DNA from: Camelus dromedarius | Taxonomy: Eukaryota | Reading direction: 5' to 3' | DNA: 64,000 bases | Assembly (NCBI RefSeq): GCF_036321535.1 | Contig: NC_087437.1 | Span: 86,368,001 to 86,432,000 of the forward strand | In this document: positions 60,976-64,000 of the stretch, in pieces | Layout: the number at the start of each line of letters is the position of its first letter | How positions within the stretch are numbered: the stretch's first letter is position 1 | Notes under the pieces: generated by a model | What the model was told of the DNA's origin: nothing | What the model saw: the letters and a program-made list of their open reading frames with translations, nothing else | Databases searched by the model: none | Translations under genes and position numbers: made by a program

Positions 60976-63900
60976 TAACATTAATGAGGAAGTTTTGGTC
61001 AGCTTCACAGATGCATGTCTGTTGCCTTAACATATGATACCCAACATATTAAACAATGGGAAATGTTATTTGCTCCCTCCGATCCTCTCAGCTAATGTCT
61101 TCATTCTGACTTCAAACACACACTATACCAAGCTCGCTGGTAAGTAAGTGCTTGGGCTTAGATCCAGGGTATGAAGTTATTACAGGTTACTCTTTCTAGA
61201 CTCTTTTTGAGAAGATAAAGTTTATCAGCGTAAACCAAAACAAATAACACCTTTGTTTTTAGGGACTTTTCACACTATTTTAAACAAACTGATATGTGCT
61301 TAGGTTACCACACGATGGCGCTACATGAATGCCTTATAACGAAAGTAAGCTCCAAAAAAAAAGAAAATCATTTTCAAACTTTCAAACTTTATAATCTAAG
61401 AACCCAAATTCCTATTAAAACATTAACATGAATTAATTTGGTTCTCCTATTTCACAGAACATTCTTCATATTAAAGATATTATCAGTATATACTCTTTAT
61501 ATTGAGGTTTCCCCCTCTTACATCATAGACTGAGAGAATTACTAGTGATCAGGGAAAGCAGGAAGGCGATACAGACGTTGTTTTGGCTCTACTTTTAGTG
61601 AAAAGAATTATCAGCCATTTATACTGAGTACCAAAATAGTGGTGCTAACCCTTTGTCAATCTAGAACTCTTGCAAACCTCACTATTTCATTATTATAAAG
61701 CATTTTTTTTTTCTCTTGTATTCTCGGGTCACCCCTCAGAGGTAAGTAATAATTATCACTTTAAAGATGGAAAATACATTACCTAGATATTAACATTTCA
61801 GGCCAGTTTAGAAACAGTGAGAGTCTTTTAGAAGGGGACAACTTTGAGGCCAACATTAGTACTCCTATTAACCAAACAAATAAAACCAGTGGGTAGGGGT
61901 ATATTTTTAAAAGATTAAACAAGACAACAGAAAGTAAGTACAATGAATTTGATTATTTATATTAAAGTCAAACCTTATATTTTATTTTCTACTCTGAAAA
62001 AACCTAGACTTAGAAAAATTCACTCCTACGTTCATACATTTTTTTTTAATGTGACACCTTATTTTTTTCCATTGTTGTAATTCAAGCACCTTATTAGTTT
62101 GAGTTGTTTAAAATGCTTCAGTCAATTCAGCCTGTGGTAGATGATCTGTTTGCGAGTTCATTCTATTAGGGAAATACTTCTGCTAGTCCTTTTACGTTTC
62201 TCTTCGATTAACAAAAGTTCCAAACTTCTATGTAATCTCTGTACACCATCTTGCTCTTTACTTCTGCTCATCTTAAATATACCTGAACAGAACCCCGTAT
62301 CTAGTCTTATTCATTGCTTGACCCCACTTGACATTATATATTTCTTTAGCCTCCTTGGATCATAGAAGTCAATCACTGATACGAATTCCTCTAATTTTTA
62401 CCAAACTCTTCCTCAGTGGGAACTAAGCACAGAACTCCTGGTTGTCTTGTGGATACTTCTGAGAATGAGCAACTATCCACCTGTTTCTCTTTACTAATTT
62501 ATTTGGATGAGTAAACTATACCATATGCACAATCACAGAGGTTGTCTACTGAAAGAAAAAGAAAGCTTTGTCTATCTTATTTTGTCTTTGGGTAAGTCCG
62601 TTGTCTGTTGTTTAGCTGTCTGACTTAAATCACTTTTGTGTGCAGAACATCACAGCTACAGAGAAAGGACTCATGTAACAAATTGTACCTTTCCTCTTAC
62701 CTCTCCCTTCCTTTCTCCTCCCTTAGTCTTAAATTTGGAATTCTAGGTTCTCAAAGGCAGCTGAGAATGACAAGAAATAAAGAGGGGGAAACGCACAATT
62801 GTCAAATTACAACCTCAAGGGACACAGTAATAAACATCAACCTGAAGTTATTTTGAACTAGATTGCATGGTTATTATAGGCACACACAAACCATATGTAA
62901 ATAAACTTATGACCCACTTACATATTGATCTTGGAAGTCATAACTAACTTATTAAATGCTGCTCAATCTAACTATCATGAAATTTCTGTGTCCTCAGCAT
63001 AAAAGATTATCCCTATTAAAAATAACATCAATATTTTCATTTCCATAGCTTTAAATATAGAGCCAAAATAAGCATTTGTGAACTGTTGCTTCATACTGTC
63101 ATCCTCATCTATTTGGCCATGATAATTACACTACTGTAACCAGCTTGAATTCTCTTTAGTTCTAATTCTAAAATGACCCATGCTACTATGATGAATATGT
63201 GTTTTTATGGAGCTGGCTTCATTTCCTCATCCTCAGGATTGGGTGATTGTGTTTCCTCTCTGGATGAATTAGAGCAATATATTTGAGATTATATTTCATT
63301 AGTTTTATTGCTGCTTGTTAAAGTTTTATTATCCTCTCTGTTTTATATTTCAGACTGGCAACACTTGCCAGCATGGTAAGTGACGTGATATATACGAATC
63401 ATAACTTTGTGACCTGAGAATATGCTGTCTGCAAATATAATGGTGTCTTAGAAGTGATATTTTATAATGCTATTAAACATATGCATCCACAGAAGAGCTA
63501 TCAAAAATTAAGAAAAACTCAGATTTTCTTTCATCCCAGTAAAGCATTTATTTTACACTTTAAATAAGAATTCATTCATTCTGGATGATTTTCATTTATT
63601 TCATGTAATTGTTATCTACTATGCAATTATAACTCTAAAATGTCTATAATGCAATCTTGCACTTAAGTAAAATCTGAAACCACTTGGTGCTACTTAGGTT
63701 GATGCCTCTGTACTCAGCTGAATAAACAGTTAAGTAGGTATAATGGGTAGTTACATATCACATAATTGAATTGGAGCTGGACCAGTTGAGTAGGAAGTAC
63801 ATTCGCTACCACAGTTACAACCCCTCCAAACTTATACACTGTGATTTGTTCTGTAATGAAAATTAAGAATGTGGCGCTCCCTGATACATTTATGCTAACT

Positions 63901-64000
63901 ACTAAGATGTGTACAGTTACCATAGAGAACATGATTCAAATAAACTACCTGAAATGAGACTCCTTAAGAGCAAATCTACTTAAATTTTTTTTGTTTTTCC

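Overview
Mammalian genomic DNA, most likely a camelid, judging from the tRNA-derived Vic-1-type SINEs and the young L1 3' ends. The left half (about 1-32.4 kb) holds the 3' part of PROS1 (vitamin K-dependent protein S) on the + strand. Coding exons 4-15 are present (thrombin-sensitive region, EGF1-4, SHBG-like LG1/LG2), all with GT-AG introns, and join into an uninterrupted 1769-nt frame ending at TAA 30606-30608. Exons 1-3 lie upstream of the window. The right half (about 32.4-64 kb) has no recognisable host gene and is mostly transposon remnants: a truncated gammaretrovirus-like ERV, a two-LTR class III-like provirus with an env remnant and an Arg-tRNA-like PBS, nested solo LTRs, L1/L2/MIR, MaLR, Tigger and MER5. 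I found no new biological system. The best leads are: (i) protein S substitutions at known functional sites (Arg60->Pro in the thrombin-sensitive region; loss of the Asn458 sequon, leaving one N-glycosylation sequon in the visible exons); (ii) a CpG-rich antisense solo LTR inside the probable PROS1 3' UTR; (iii) the env-bearing provirus with highly diverged LTRs. Repeat family names and human/bovine comparisons come from recall, not from a database search.
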